A stretch of 64,000 bases of DNA from Monocercomonoides exilis PA203. Taxonomy: Eukaryota; Protista; Preaxostyla. The position numbers and the translations under genes are program-made. The notes beneath the pieces are model-generated. The model did not search any database. It saw only the letters and a list, made by a program, of their open reading frames with translations, and was not told the origin of the DNA. Where the stretch lies: positions 310,001-374,000 of the forward strand of contig LSRY02000051.1 of the NCBI GenBank assembly GCA_001643675.2, read 5' to 3'. Position 1 is the stretch's first letter. Every line of letters begins with the position of its first letter. Positions 25,212 to 37,200 of the stretch are shown piece by piece.

Positions 25212-28200
25212 ATGAAAATAATTTCGTCATTGTTGATTATTGTTTTTTGCATTGATGACATTCTGAACAAACAAAAAGAAAACGACAAAAGCCTTGAACT
25301 TTGCTCATGTTTTAAAAAAGACAAACTTCTGAATAACAACATCAATAATGATTATTATTCAGGCTTGTTGAAGACCAATAAAAATCAAAACATATCACAC
25401 GCAATAGCAAACCATCGTGAAATCTTCACAACAGAAATTATATCTTCAATGAGGCTTGTGAACACTTCCATGATAATTGTTCGTCTGTCAATAGTTTCTT
25501 GTTTCAGCAGTAATGCTTTTTCTGTAGCATTTTCGAATTTGTCAATACATTCATCAACATTACATCATAACATGCAGACAAATCTGTCATTCTGCCTTTG
25601 TGATGCTGGTAACATTGAGTTTTCAAACATCAGCACTAATGCCATTGTCTCAGGAAGAGCTTTTCCTCCATTCATAAGCACCTCCACATCCTGCTTGAGC
25701 TTGTTTGTGAGTCTTCATGCAACAGTAGATAAATCGTTGTTTCGCGATCTTTCTATCTATCCTTGCTCCTCGTTGTTTGGAGATGAAAATTTTGAATGCC
25801 TAATACTTCATTCTTCATATTTCTCGAATATCACATCTTCCAAAAAACAGCATAAAGAGCGAATTTCTTCATGCTCAAATTCCATTGAAAATTGCTTCTT
25901 CGACAAAGTGGATACGCCTTATTATGGAACTGTTGCGTCGGGGCTTACAACTTCAGCAACATTTTCATCTTCTAATTGTAGCTTCCAACAATGTTTGTCT
26001 CCAACAACTCCAGGAATAAGAAAAGAAATTAGTCAAGAAGGTACCTACACATTTTCTGATACTTTTTTTCACTCGTTAGACGGAGCAGAAGGAGGTGCTT
26101 TAAGGATTCTGATAAAATCTAATGTTGATATATCATCTTGTGAGTTTCATAATTGTTCTGCAACAGGCCACGGAGGAGGTATCTGCAATTTATGCAAGCA
26201 AATCGTCTTGTTGCAAGTAAATGCATCAAATTTTTCTGTTTGTTCTGCTGCAACATATTCTGGTGGTGGAATAATGTGCTACTATCAACAAAACACTGTT
26301 ATTAGCAAATGTTGTTTTAATTCATGCATATCAGCTCGTGGAGGTGGAGGACTTGCTTTCATAAGGTATCCAGTTAACTGTTCGGTTATAGATTCAATTT
26401 TCAAGAAATGTGTGGATGAAACAAACAACCTTCTGTATTCTGGAGGTGGGATATCGATGGCTGATGCAACAGACGCTAAAATCAGCAATTGCATCTTTCA
26501 AGAGAATATTGCACCATATGGAGGAGGAATGAGCTTAACAACTGATGGGCCATACGGTGGAGAATTTTCTGCGAAAGTGATTTTCTGCTTCTTTGACCAA
26601 AACACTGCGCTGATATGCGGATCAGATATGATGATATCACAGGGATGGACTTCGAAAATCCAGAGGAGCATGATCGATAATTGTCTGTCTCTGACCACAA
26701 GCGTAAAAAGAGTGATGAATGGTACTTCAAACGATATTAGCTTTTTAATTCCTTTTGGGTTCAATTCTTTTGTAATAAACTCAATAAACGGAACAGATAA
26801 TTGTGCTTGTGGAATGCCAAACAGAAAATGTAGATCCATTGCCTTTGCCTCAACACTTATCAATAGTGATGTCGAAACAATTTTTATATTTGTCGAGAGT
26901 TCTGAACTGTCAGAAGAAGAATGGAACATAGGACCGAACAAAATATATCTTCAAAAAGCAGTCAATGAAAGTGCAATTATAAAAACAAAGCATACGGCAA
27001 GTTCATGGATCACATTGACAACAGGATATATGAGAATTGAAGGATTTGAAATACTTCACGATACCTCATCTTCATCAAGAAACTTAAGCCTTTTTGCGAT
27101 TACATCCACAGGCACAATAATTCTCAGTTGTTGCCACATTCACACAAATGAAGCACACTTCAGTGAAAGTGTCATGTCTTGCCCAGTTTTCACTCTCCAA
27201 GGAGGGTTACTGATTCTAGAAAACTCGTCAATCGATTCTTATCATCTTAATGCTGAGCCAGTGCTATTATTTTCATCGGAATCATCACTTCTTCTTTCAA
27301 ATTTTACTGCAGATGCCTTGGTAAGAAATTCAGGAAATGGAGGTGCCATCAAAGGAGAAATCGGATGCAATATGCTCGTAAAGATAGATGGAGGGTCATT
27401 TGAGAACTGCTCAACGAATAATGGGAATGGAGGCGCTTTGGCATTTATCATTCTGCCTGGAGGTGAGTTGAATATCGGAAATGTTTCGAGTTTATGGCAG
27501 AATAACAACATTCAGTCGTGCAAATGCAATTCATTGGACCCAATGGATATTCAATTTGGTTATGGGGGAGGGATATATTTGTACCTGAGTGAGGGAGCTG
27601 ACGCATTTTGCTTGTCACAAATTCAGTTTAACGGATGTTGGGCAAGTTGCTCCGGACATTCTGTATTCATTAATGCAACCAAATTATCGTCTGTCATTAA
27701 TTTATCAACAATTGCATATCCCCTCGATCTTAATTGTTTCACAGATATTTGCGGATGCGAGCAAGATGAAATAGCAAATAACGAGCAAATTCCACTTGTT
27801 CTGTATCTCCGTCAGCCTCCGATAATTGCCTATGTGAATGGCAGAACTAACGGCCACAACAACAGTGCTTGCGGGTTTTCTGATTATCCTTGTGCAACAA
27901 TCGTCGATGTTGCACATTATATATTTCCTTCGTCCGAGAGACGAATTGTTCTTCTCGATACATTTTCATTTGACTGCCCGCTAGACTTGGTCGGAGAATC
28001 ATATTCTATCTCAACGCAAAGCAATAGCGCGCACATATCGGTAGCTGTGACATGCGCAGACAATCGAACAATGCTCATCTGTTGCACATGTGACACAACT
28101 TTTACAAACATAACTTTCGATCTTTCTTCATCTTTGAATGGCCCATCTGTCTTTATTCACTCGGCCCAAGGGCAACTGAAACTTCTGAACACGTCAATGA

Positions 28201-31200
28201 GAATGAATAGCGATATAACCGGTGTTGATTTTTCTTTTATTTGCGTTGCTAGTGGATCTTTTGTTATTCAAGGGTTTTGCGTGGCTTGCAATGACAAAGT
28301 TGTTTTCAGAGATACAGTGTTTATTTCTCTGAGCAATAATGAAAGTTGTCTCATAGAAAATTTGAACCTTAATGGAACATTTTCAAACAGTATGAAAGGA
28401 CTCATATCAGATAATTCTACAGGATCAACAACCTTTCAGAATTGCTCATTTTCACGTTGTGAGCAAGATGGAAAAGGAATAATCAACTCTCAAAATGGAT
28501 CGGCTCTTACCATTCAGAATGTTTCGTTTGCAAGTATTTGCTGTTCTCAAACAAACGGATGCGCCATATCTCTCCAGACAAATGACGAGTCAGAGCATGT
28601 AATAAGCGTTTCAGATTGCTTGTTTGATTCGTGTAGTTTGAGCGGGGCCGGGTTCGGAGGAGCTGGTATTTATGCATCATTAAACAGTTTTTCGAGTTTT
28701 GAAGTTACAAAGACAAGCTTCACAAAATGTTGTGCTCCTTTCAATGAAGGAAGCGGTGGAAAAGGTGGAGCAATGAGACTAACTCTGATTGATAACAACG
28801 CTTCATTTAAAATTGGTGCGACTGTGGTGTTTGAAGATAACAATGCTGAATTTGGAAAACAGTTATTTTTACAATCTCCTGAGTTAAAAGGCTGTGTCAA
28901 AACGGAATCAATCTGTTTTTATTCTGAAGCAAGCCCATTCCCGCTTGATTGGTGCATGGGAGTAGATGAAAAGATGCAAACTATCTTCGTTCCCTTGGTT
29001 CTTTTCTTGATTGGGAGAGAAGAAGTTGTATACGTATCTGCAAACGGGTTCGATAACTGTGTGTGTGGATTTGAATCATTTAAGTGCAGAACAATGGATT
29101 ATGCATTTCACCAAATAGAGAACTCACACAAGCATTTATGCATATCTTCCAATTATTCACTGAACGAGGTTCTCATTCTGGATGATCCATATGGGTATTC
29201 GATTGAAGGCTTTATGCAACGTTCTGCTTTACACATGATAGGAAACAACACTGAAGTTTTCGAGATGATCTCGATTGAAAATGTTGTAAATCTCTCTTTT
29301 TTTTCAATTGTCATAATGCCGAAACTATTCTCAACACAAAGAATTCTTTTTCACATTGCAAAGCAAGCTTCGAATCTATCACTTTTTCGATGCCAAGCTT
29401 TATGCGTTGATGGTGAATCGAATGTAGAATATACGATTATTCAAGTTACAGCAGGAAGTATCACAGCGGAAAACTTTGAAGTTCAAAGCATCTCATTCAT
29501 TGTCGGCCCCATGATTAGCATTATTAACTCTGGACATGCCTTTCTCGATTCCTGCTCTTTGATTAACATAACCTCAGATTCAGCTGAAGGGTTGATATGC
29601 TGTGAGTCCAATGGCATTTTGAAAATTGTGAATACTTCAATGACAAACAGCCATTCGACCAGAGGATGCTTCACTGCCGTGAATACAGGATCGTTGTTTT
29701 TGATGAGAAACTGCGCGTTTTATAATATGAGCTGTGATAATTCAAATGGAAGTGTTTTCTGTGGAATGCTGAAATATGGATGCGTAATAGATATAAGTGA
29801 CATTAATATGACAAAATGCAGTGTAAGGACGGGCAACGGTGGAAGCATTTATGTTTCCATGAGTTCGAGAAGTTGCCTTTTCATTAACAGCAACAATAGT
29901 GCAGGGAACTCATTTTATTCATGTGAAGCTCATAACGCAAATAGCATAGCGGGATGTGGAGGAGCGATTTATGTGAGGTGTTTAGAGAATGATAATGAGT
30001 TAATATTGTCAGATTTGGCGTTTGGCTGTAGTGCAAGCAAAAATACAGCGGACTCGGGAGGTAATAACATATTTCTAGAAGGAGGATGTTTGAGCAATCT
30101 TGTCACGAAAAAAAGTTTCAACTTTTCTTTCAGCTATTATCCCAATGAAAGTTCTGACTTGAATGATCTCATGGGCTTTGATGAGGAAGACATCACTATC
30201 ACAATTCCACTTGTGCTGTTTCTTCGAGAATTTCATCTTCCAGCATATATTGGAAACAATGGGAATGATATCCTTCACTGTGGGTACTCTGATTATCCAT
30301 GCAAGACATTGCCATTTGTTCTGTCTAAAAGAATAAGTGAACCATCTGGCCATATCAGGTTTTTACCTTCATTTACCTTGTATGATCGTCTTGTTCTGGA
30401 AACGGCAATCCTTGTTTTTGATGCTGAGGAAAAAGGATCAATAATCGAGATCAGCCCAAACGGAAACGGAGAAGGTGAAGCGCTTATCGAGCTCAAAGCC
30501 AATACAACATTTTCTGATTTGAACTTTTGCATTCCATGCTCTTTTGCAACCAGTAGAAATTCTCTTTTTGGCATTCGAGAATTTTCTCTTTGTCTTGTGG
30601 AATGCTCCTTTGGGCCATTGGACATCACAAGCAAACTCACATATTGTTTTATTGATGTTTCTCAAGGTGAATTGTTGCTCAGTAATATCACACTCGAATA
30701 TGCTCTTATTGGAGCATCAGGGCTAATCGTTGTTTCAGGAGCTGGCTCGTCAGCCTTCATTAATGGTCTGATATTACATGTAGTGAATAATAGTAATTCA
30801 CATGCTTTACTGAAAATTTCCTCACACAGTTCATTGACAATTTCTAACTCGTTATTGGAAAAATTAACCATGCCTGATGCATGCCTGATTGAGGTTGAAG
30901 ACACATCAACGCTAACAATGAAGAATAACACTTTTCAAAAATTGACAAGCGAAGCTGGTAATGGGGCAGCTGTTGCTGGTACTGTTGGAGCAGGAAAAGC
31001 ATTTTCAGTAAGTAACTGTTCATTCTACAATTGCAGTTGCATTTCAAGTGGATCTCTTGGAGGAGCGCTGCTTGTGGATGTGAAAAAGGACGGAAGCTGG
31101 AACTTTGATCGCAACAACGTTGAACAGTGTACAGTACCTTGGCAAACAGGCCACGGAGGTGGTCTTTTTTTGCGTTTTGCTCATACAGCAATTGATTACT

Positions 31201-34200
31201 CAATGAGAAATATTTGCTTCACTTCGAATGATGCACACATTGGAACTGATGTATACCTTTTATGTCCGTCACCTCAAGATATTCTTCTTATACACAACTG
31301 GGAGGTGTCTGTGAACGAAGGTGACCCCAATAACACGAAATGGGTTCACGACGATTTGTCTGCACCTCCAGTCGATGCTTCAATATTATATTTTCTCTTT
31401 CCTCCAAATTCTGAAATCATTTATGTGATGAGTCGTGCTGAAAGTAATCCGAATTGCGGTGATGAAATATACCCCTGTAAGCATCTCATTGATGGATTCC
31501 ACAAGCTTGGCCAAACAAAGTCCATTATTCACATCATTGATTCAAATAACCTTACAGAAAAAATTGATCGCAATGGAATGAGTCTCACAATTCGCGGACC
31601 TTCTTCAGATTCTAAAAGTGCTTTGCAAATCAACGATAGCGGTAGTTTCAGCTTGACTGAGGGAACTAGTTTGACTGCTCTGACAATTACAAATCTTGTA
31701 TTTAACATTGCAGAAGCATGTTCATCCCAACAGCTATTCTTTGTGGTCGTTGGTCGTGCAAAGCTGGTGAGCTGTGAGTTTGTGGTTGATGAAGATGCAC
31801 GAACAAATGCTATATCAATGTGGCTCTTTCATGGTTCTGGAGGAGATATTCAACTTTCATCTGTCGCTATCAATAACATGAAATTTGGGCTTTCAGCTGG
31901 TATTCTGAAAATGAATTTTGGTGTTTTTTCAGCTGAAAGGTGCTCATTGAAGACTGTTGCTATTGACAAGCATGCAATTCTTTTGAATGAGTGTTCAAAG
32001 GCACATATCGGGAATGAAAGCACATTTGAAAGCTGCGTTTCAAACAATGGAAATGGAGCGCTTCTACATGCAACACTTTCGGAAAATGAGGAGTTAATAA
32101 TGAGAAATGTCAGTATTTATCTATGCTGCGTCAACGAAACAATTGGAAAAGGTGGAGGTCTATATTTTAATATGCAGAATCAAAAACAACCCCGCTATCT
32201 CTTATCAAATGTTGCATTTGGTGGAAATAAAGCAATGCATGGAAACGATATGTATGCGTATTGTAATGATCTCAACAACACAATAAAACCAGAATATTTT
32301 GTTTCTGTCAGCTTTTCATCCACGACATCAGACAAACTTGCAGCAGCAGGAACAGATTCGACGAAATTTCGGGATATCCTAGTAGATTTATTTTTGCTTC
32401 TAAAACAAGGATCTTTTAATACAGCACACTTGTCTTCTGCAGATGGCCTTGATCTTCTTGGATGTGGAGCAGAAGATTATAAATGCATGACATTCTGGAG
32501 AACATTCCAGAATACTAATGATAATTCCTCAGATAAGAACATTATAATTCATGATGCGGCTGTTATCAACAATAAATATGACTTGTCTTCATATATAATC
32601 AGAAGTGCTGAAGAAAGAGAACGCGCTTTCTTGAACTTTTCGTCAACAATATACAGCCGTGATGCGCAGTCAGTCATTTCCAATTCAATGCACTTGTCTT
32701 TTGCAAATATAACATTTTCAATTCCATCAAGATTTGCTTCCCTTCAGTCTGTCCTTATTTCATCTTCCTCAGCAAATGCATCTCTCGAAATATCAAATTC
32801 CTCATTTATTACTGATGAAGAAAACGAAATCATCTTCCACCTCGTTTCTTCGACTGCAGGCACATTTGTTATTGAAAACTGTAGTTTAATTTCACTTTTT
32901 TTTCTATTAGTTCCATTCAACTTAGCAGGTGAAGGACAAATTCTGAATTGTGAATTCAAATCAATTCAAAGCAATTCAGAGGATAAAGGAGGTGCTTTGA
33001 AGTACACAGCATCAGAAACCGAAAGAATAATCATCAAGAACATAAAAGCTGTTTCATGCAAATGCAGCACCATATCTGGAAAAGGCGGATTTGTATACGC
33101 AGACTGTTCTGCTAGCAGACTGTCCGATCCTTTTGTTTTGATAGAAAACATTCACTTTAAAGGCAACATGGCCCAGATGGGGATGAATGTCTTCATAACA
33201 TCTAGTGATTTGAACAAGACAATAAACCCACAGACATTTGCATTCAATTATTCAACAATGATAGATGAAATCAGCTCCTTTTTTGGAAGTGATCTTGAGC
33301 AACAAGAAACAGACCTCTTTAGATTTCTTGTGCAATACATCAACAATTCAATTTATGTTTCTTCAAATGGATTCGATGTGCTAAGATGCGGAAATGAGGC
33401 AGATCCTTGTAAAACTTTCTGGAAAGGGATACAAAACATGGATTTTGAAAATCAAGAGAATACTCTGATCGTTTCTGGTTCCACATTAGTACAGGATAAA
33501 TATATACTACCCACATTTACTATATGTGCGCAGAATACGAGGAAAAACATAGAAGAAAGTACATACGCTACTTTGTGCTTTGAAATGGATCCGTCAAAAC
33601 AGCATGGAGGATCCATAACCAGCGAAGAAAACATGAGATTGTTCATGATCACTATTCTTATTTCTGAAAAGTTTGTCAATGAGGAAAATGCAATTGTTAT
33701 AAACGAGAATGACGAACTGAATCTTGAAAAAATAACTTTTCAAGCAAATACAACGGTTGCAAATCCAGGTAGTTATTGCTTTGTGCTAATGAAGAAAGGT
33801 ATTTTGAAGTGCACTTTCCTTTTGATAGACGCGTCTTGGATGAAAGATAGTGCACTTGTAATTTCATCTGGATGCACATGTCTATTTAAATCTGCAAATG
33901 CAAGAAGTCTATACTTCAATGACGGATGCTTTATTAATATTAAAGATCAGGATGAAATGACATCAAGAGGAAGCACCAGTATAATTGCAAGCTCATGTTC
34001 CATTTTGAATGTATTAAAAGCATCGTTAGGCTCATGTGTGTTTTGCTCATCATCTGAGGAGTGTGTTTCTTTTGCGATAAACGATTCTTCTCTTGAAGCA
34101 TGTAAATCTTCGAGCTCTGAAGAAGGAGGTGCGATAGAATTTCAACTTAACTTCAAAGGATCTTTCATAGTCAGTGAATCAAATATCACACAATGTGGAT

Positions 34201-37200
34201 GTTCAACAACAATTGGAAAGGGTGGAGGAGTGTTTTTGCAATCAAAAGAGATTGGCAAACTCAATTTTGAGTTTGTTAAATGCAGTTTCATCGGAAATAC
34301 AGCTTGGAAAGGAAGAGATATCTTTATCAAGTGCCATTGCATTTCAACGCAAATCAATGAAACACAATTTCGGTTTGATCTTCGTGAAGAGTTTTATAAT
34401 AGAATTGACGCTATCTATGGATCTGATCAGCTTACAAAAATACCTTCAGACTTGATGGATTACATCACAATCCTTCAACTATCTACCATTGTTGTTTCAG
34501 CTTCTTCTCATAAAAATGGTCAGAACTGCAGACAGTGCGGAACATCTGTTTTGCCTTGCGCTACAGTAGACTATGGAATGGGGCATGTTGTTCCTGGAGA
34601 AGACTCTAAGATGCGAATTGATGAAGAAAGTACCGTCGAGAAGGAGTTGGATCTCAGAAATATAACTTTCACATCAAAAGGAAAGCTGAGATGCTCTTTA
34701 ATTATCACCCCTTTAATTCAGCAATCAAGAGATCACATTATTCAGATTTCCAATGAAGTTGAATTTTCGAACATCAATTTTGTGTTTATTGGTTCGTTCA
34801 AAGCTGAATACTCTTGTGTACTGAGTTCGTATGGAGGATATTTGATACTTAAAGAATCTTCTTTCTCCTGCAACACAACTGGCAAATCTGATATTCCCAT
34901 TTTGCTCAAATGTGACTTTACAATATCTGTAATTCAAAAGTGTTGCTTATTCAATTTATCTATTCCTGGATTTATGCGTTGCAGCAATGGAGAGCTAACA
35001 ATCTCAGAAACAACAGTGAAGGACACTTTCTTTTCATCGTATTTGTATTCCTTCGGAACAAGTCCATGTAAAGTGCAAATGAAAGAGATGCAAGTGATGG
35101 ATTCCATCTTTGACGAAGATTCATTAATCCAATTTCACGGAGCCTCAGAGGATTCATATTCTTTCAACAGAGATTTTTCTCAAAGCTCCATCTCCATTTC
35201 ACTCTCTTTATTTTGCAATTTATCAGCACAAGAAGGAGTTTCAACAGTGGTATCCATGGATATGCTACACTTTGCTTCCATTTTGAATAACTGCACCTTT
35301 GTTCAATGCACATCATTTCCAGAACAAGCAGGTATTGTATTTGCTTCATCAGATTCTCAGATTCAAATCGATTGTTGTTTGTTTGATGGAGTGCCAATCA
35401 ATGAGCCAAACGTTGTCATAAATACAAATAGTGACAATTTACACAAATACTGTAAATGGAATGGATCACTTGTTCACTCAGCGAATTCTTCGTTGATGAT
35501 GAAGGATGTTATAATTTCGAATTCGTTGTCAGGTGGATTTTCCGTATCAGCTGGCGATGCGACTATCGAGAAAGGGGAGTTTTTGAACAACAATCCTTTC
35601 ATCGAAAAATATCCCTCTTTTCGTCGAAACGTCATTTGCTCAGATTCTGCTTCACTGACCATTTCGAGTTTGAAAGGCGGAGATGGATTGAAAGACAATT
35701 CTTCTCTTTGGATCTTGAATGATGGATGCACTCTCGAAGGATTAGCAGCAGAAAGGCCATCTCCTTTCTTCATTCCAAAATTGGAAGATGTTTCTGCGAA
35801 TGAAAATGGAAGTCACATTGTTGTGAAATTCGAGGGATCTCTTTTTGTTCCTTGTGATTTGTCATTCAGACTTGTGTATAAAACAGGTGATGTGGAATTG
35901 GTTGAGACTTATCAGTTTGAGGAAGACAGTTTTGTATCCGAAACGGAAGTGATTGGAAGAATCTCATCAGGAAATATTTCGTCAGCTTCAGATGAAACAG
36001 AAGTGTCAGTGATGATATTGTTTGGCAAGCAATTGGCTGCAACTTCTCCACTGATTCTGAAGAACAAAACAGAACCAAAGACAGGAGATGAAAAAGTGGT
36101 TGAAGGAGGAAAAGAAGGAAAATCCAATTGGATGCTGATTTCCATTGTGCTTATTGTGATATTATTGATTGTTCTGATTGTTTCTGTTATGCTTGCAGTT
36201 AGGTGGAAAAAACAAAAGAGAAGGACAGAAGAACTGGAAGAGATTGTGAATGATACTGTGAAGAAAGATCCGAAGGCATTTGAGATGGTGACAATGGAGA
36301 TGTCTCCTGAGGAGCAGTGGAGGAGAGCAGAGAGGGAGGCAGAGAAGAAGAATGAAGAGAGGATGAAGAAGAGAGTGTATGATACGAATATGCAACATTC
36401 TGAATCATCCGAGCATTTGTTGAGTGAGAGTGGTTCCACTGAATATATCCTTGGAAAGGATTCAGACAAGATTCCAGAATGGGCATTGGAGAAGGAAGAT
36501 GAGGAAGAGGTGAGAAAGAGATCTCCTTCTCCATCCATTTCATCCACTTCCACCACTTCGACAACTGATTCAGATTCAACATTTGTTCGAGGGGAGGATC
36601 TGTGTCCAACCACCTCATCGATGTCGAATCTTGTGGATGCAATGGCTTGTTCATCTCCACATGAGAAATTGATTGTGGATCTGAGGGATTCACTATTCAT
36701 GCTGCTTCATGGGAGCAACAAGACAAAGGAGATGCCGATTGGCTCCTTGAAGGAGAGAGAGCAAACAGCTGCTCAGATCCTGTTCTGGGTGGCAAATCTT
36801 GCAATTCATTCATTTGATGAAATGGAGAACCCACTTCAGTCATTGGCCAGCCTGAGTCCTCACATTGTGCTGTTTTCTGAACACATGGTGATCTGCATTG
36901 TGATGCATTCTGACTTCCTTTCTTCTGATGATAGTTCAGATTCCTCATCGATCTCTTCATTAACTGTTGTAACTTCATCTTCCTCCAATATTTCAGTGAT
37001 GAGCGAGAGATTCACAGACTCGCCACCACCTTCATCTGCTTTTGAAGACGACGATGATATCAGAAAAGAGTGCCTGAGATGGAAGGCACCAGAGCTGATG
37101 ATGAACAAGAAGATGGGGGCAACAAAGGAATCAGTTGTGTTTTCGATCGGGATGATGCTGTGGGAATGCTTGGCCTTGGAGATTCCGTTTGGGGAGTATG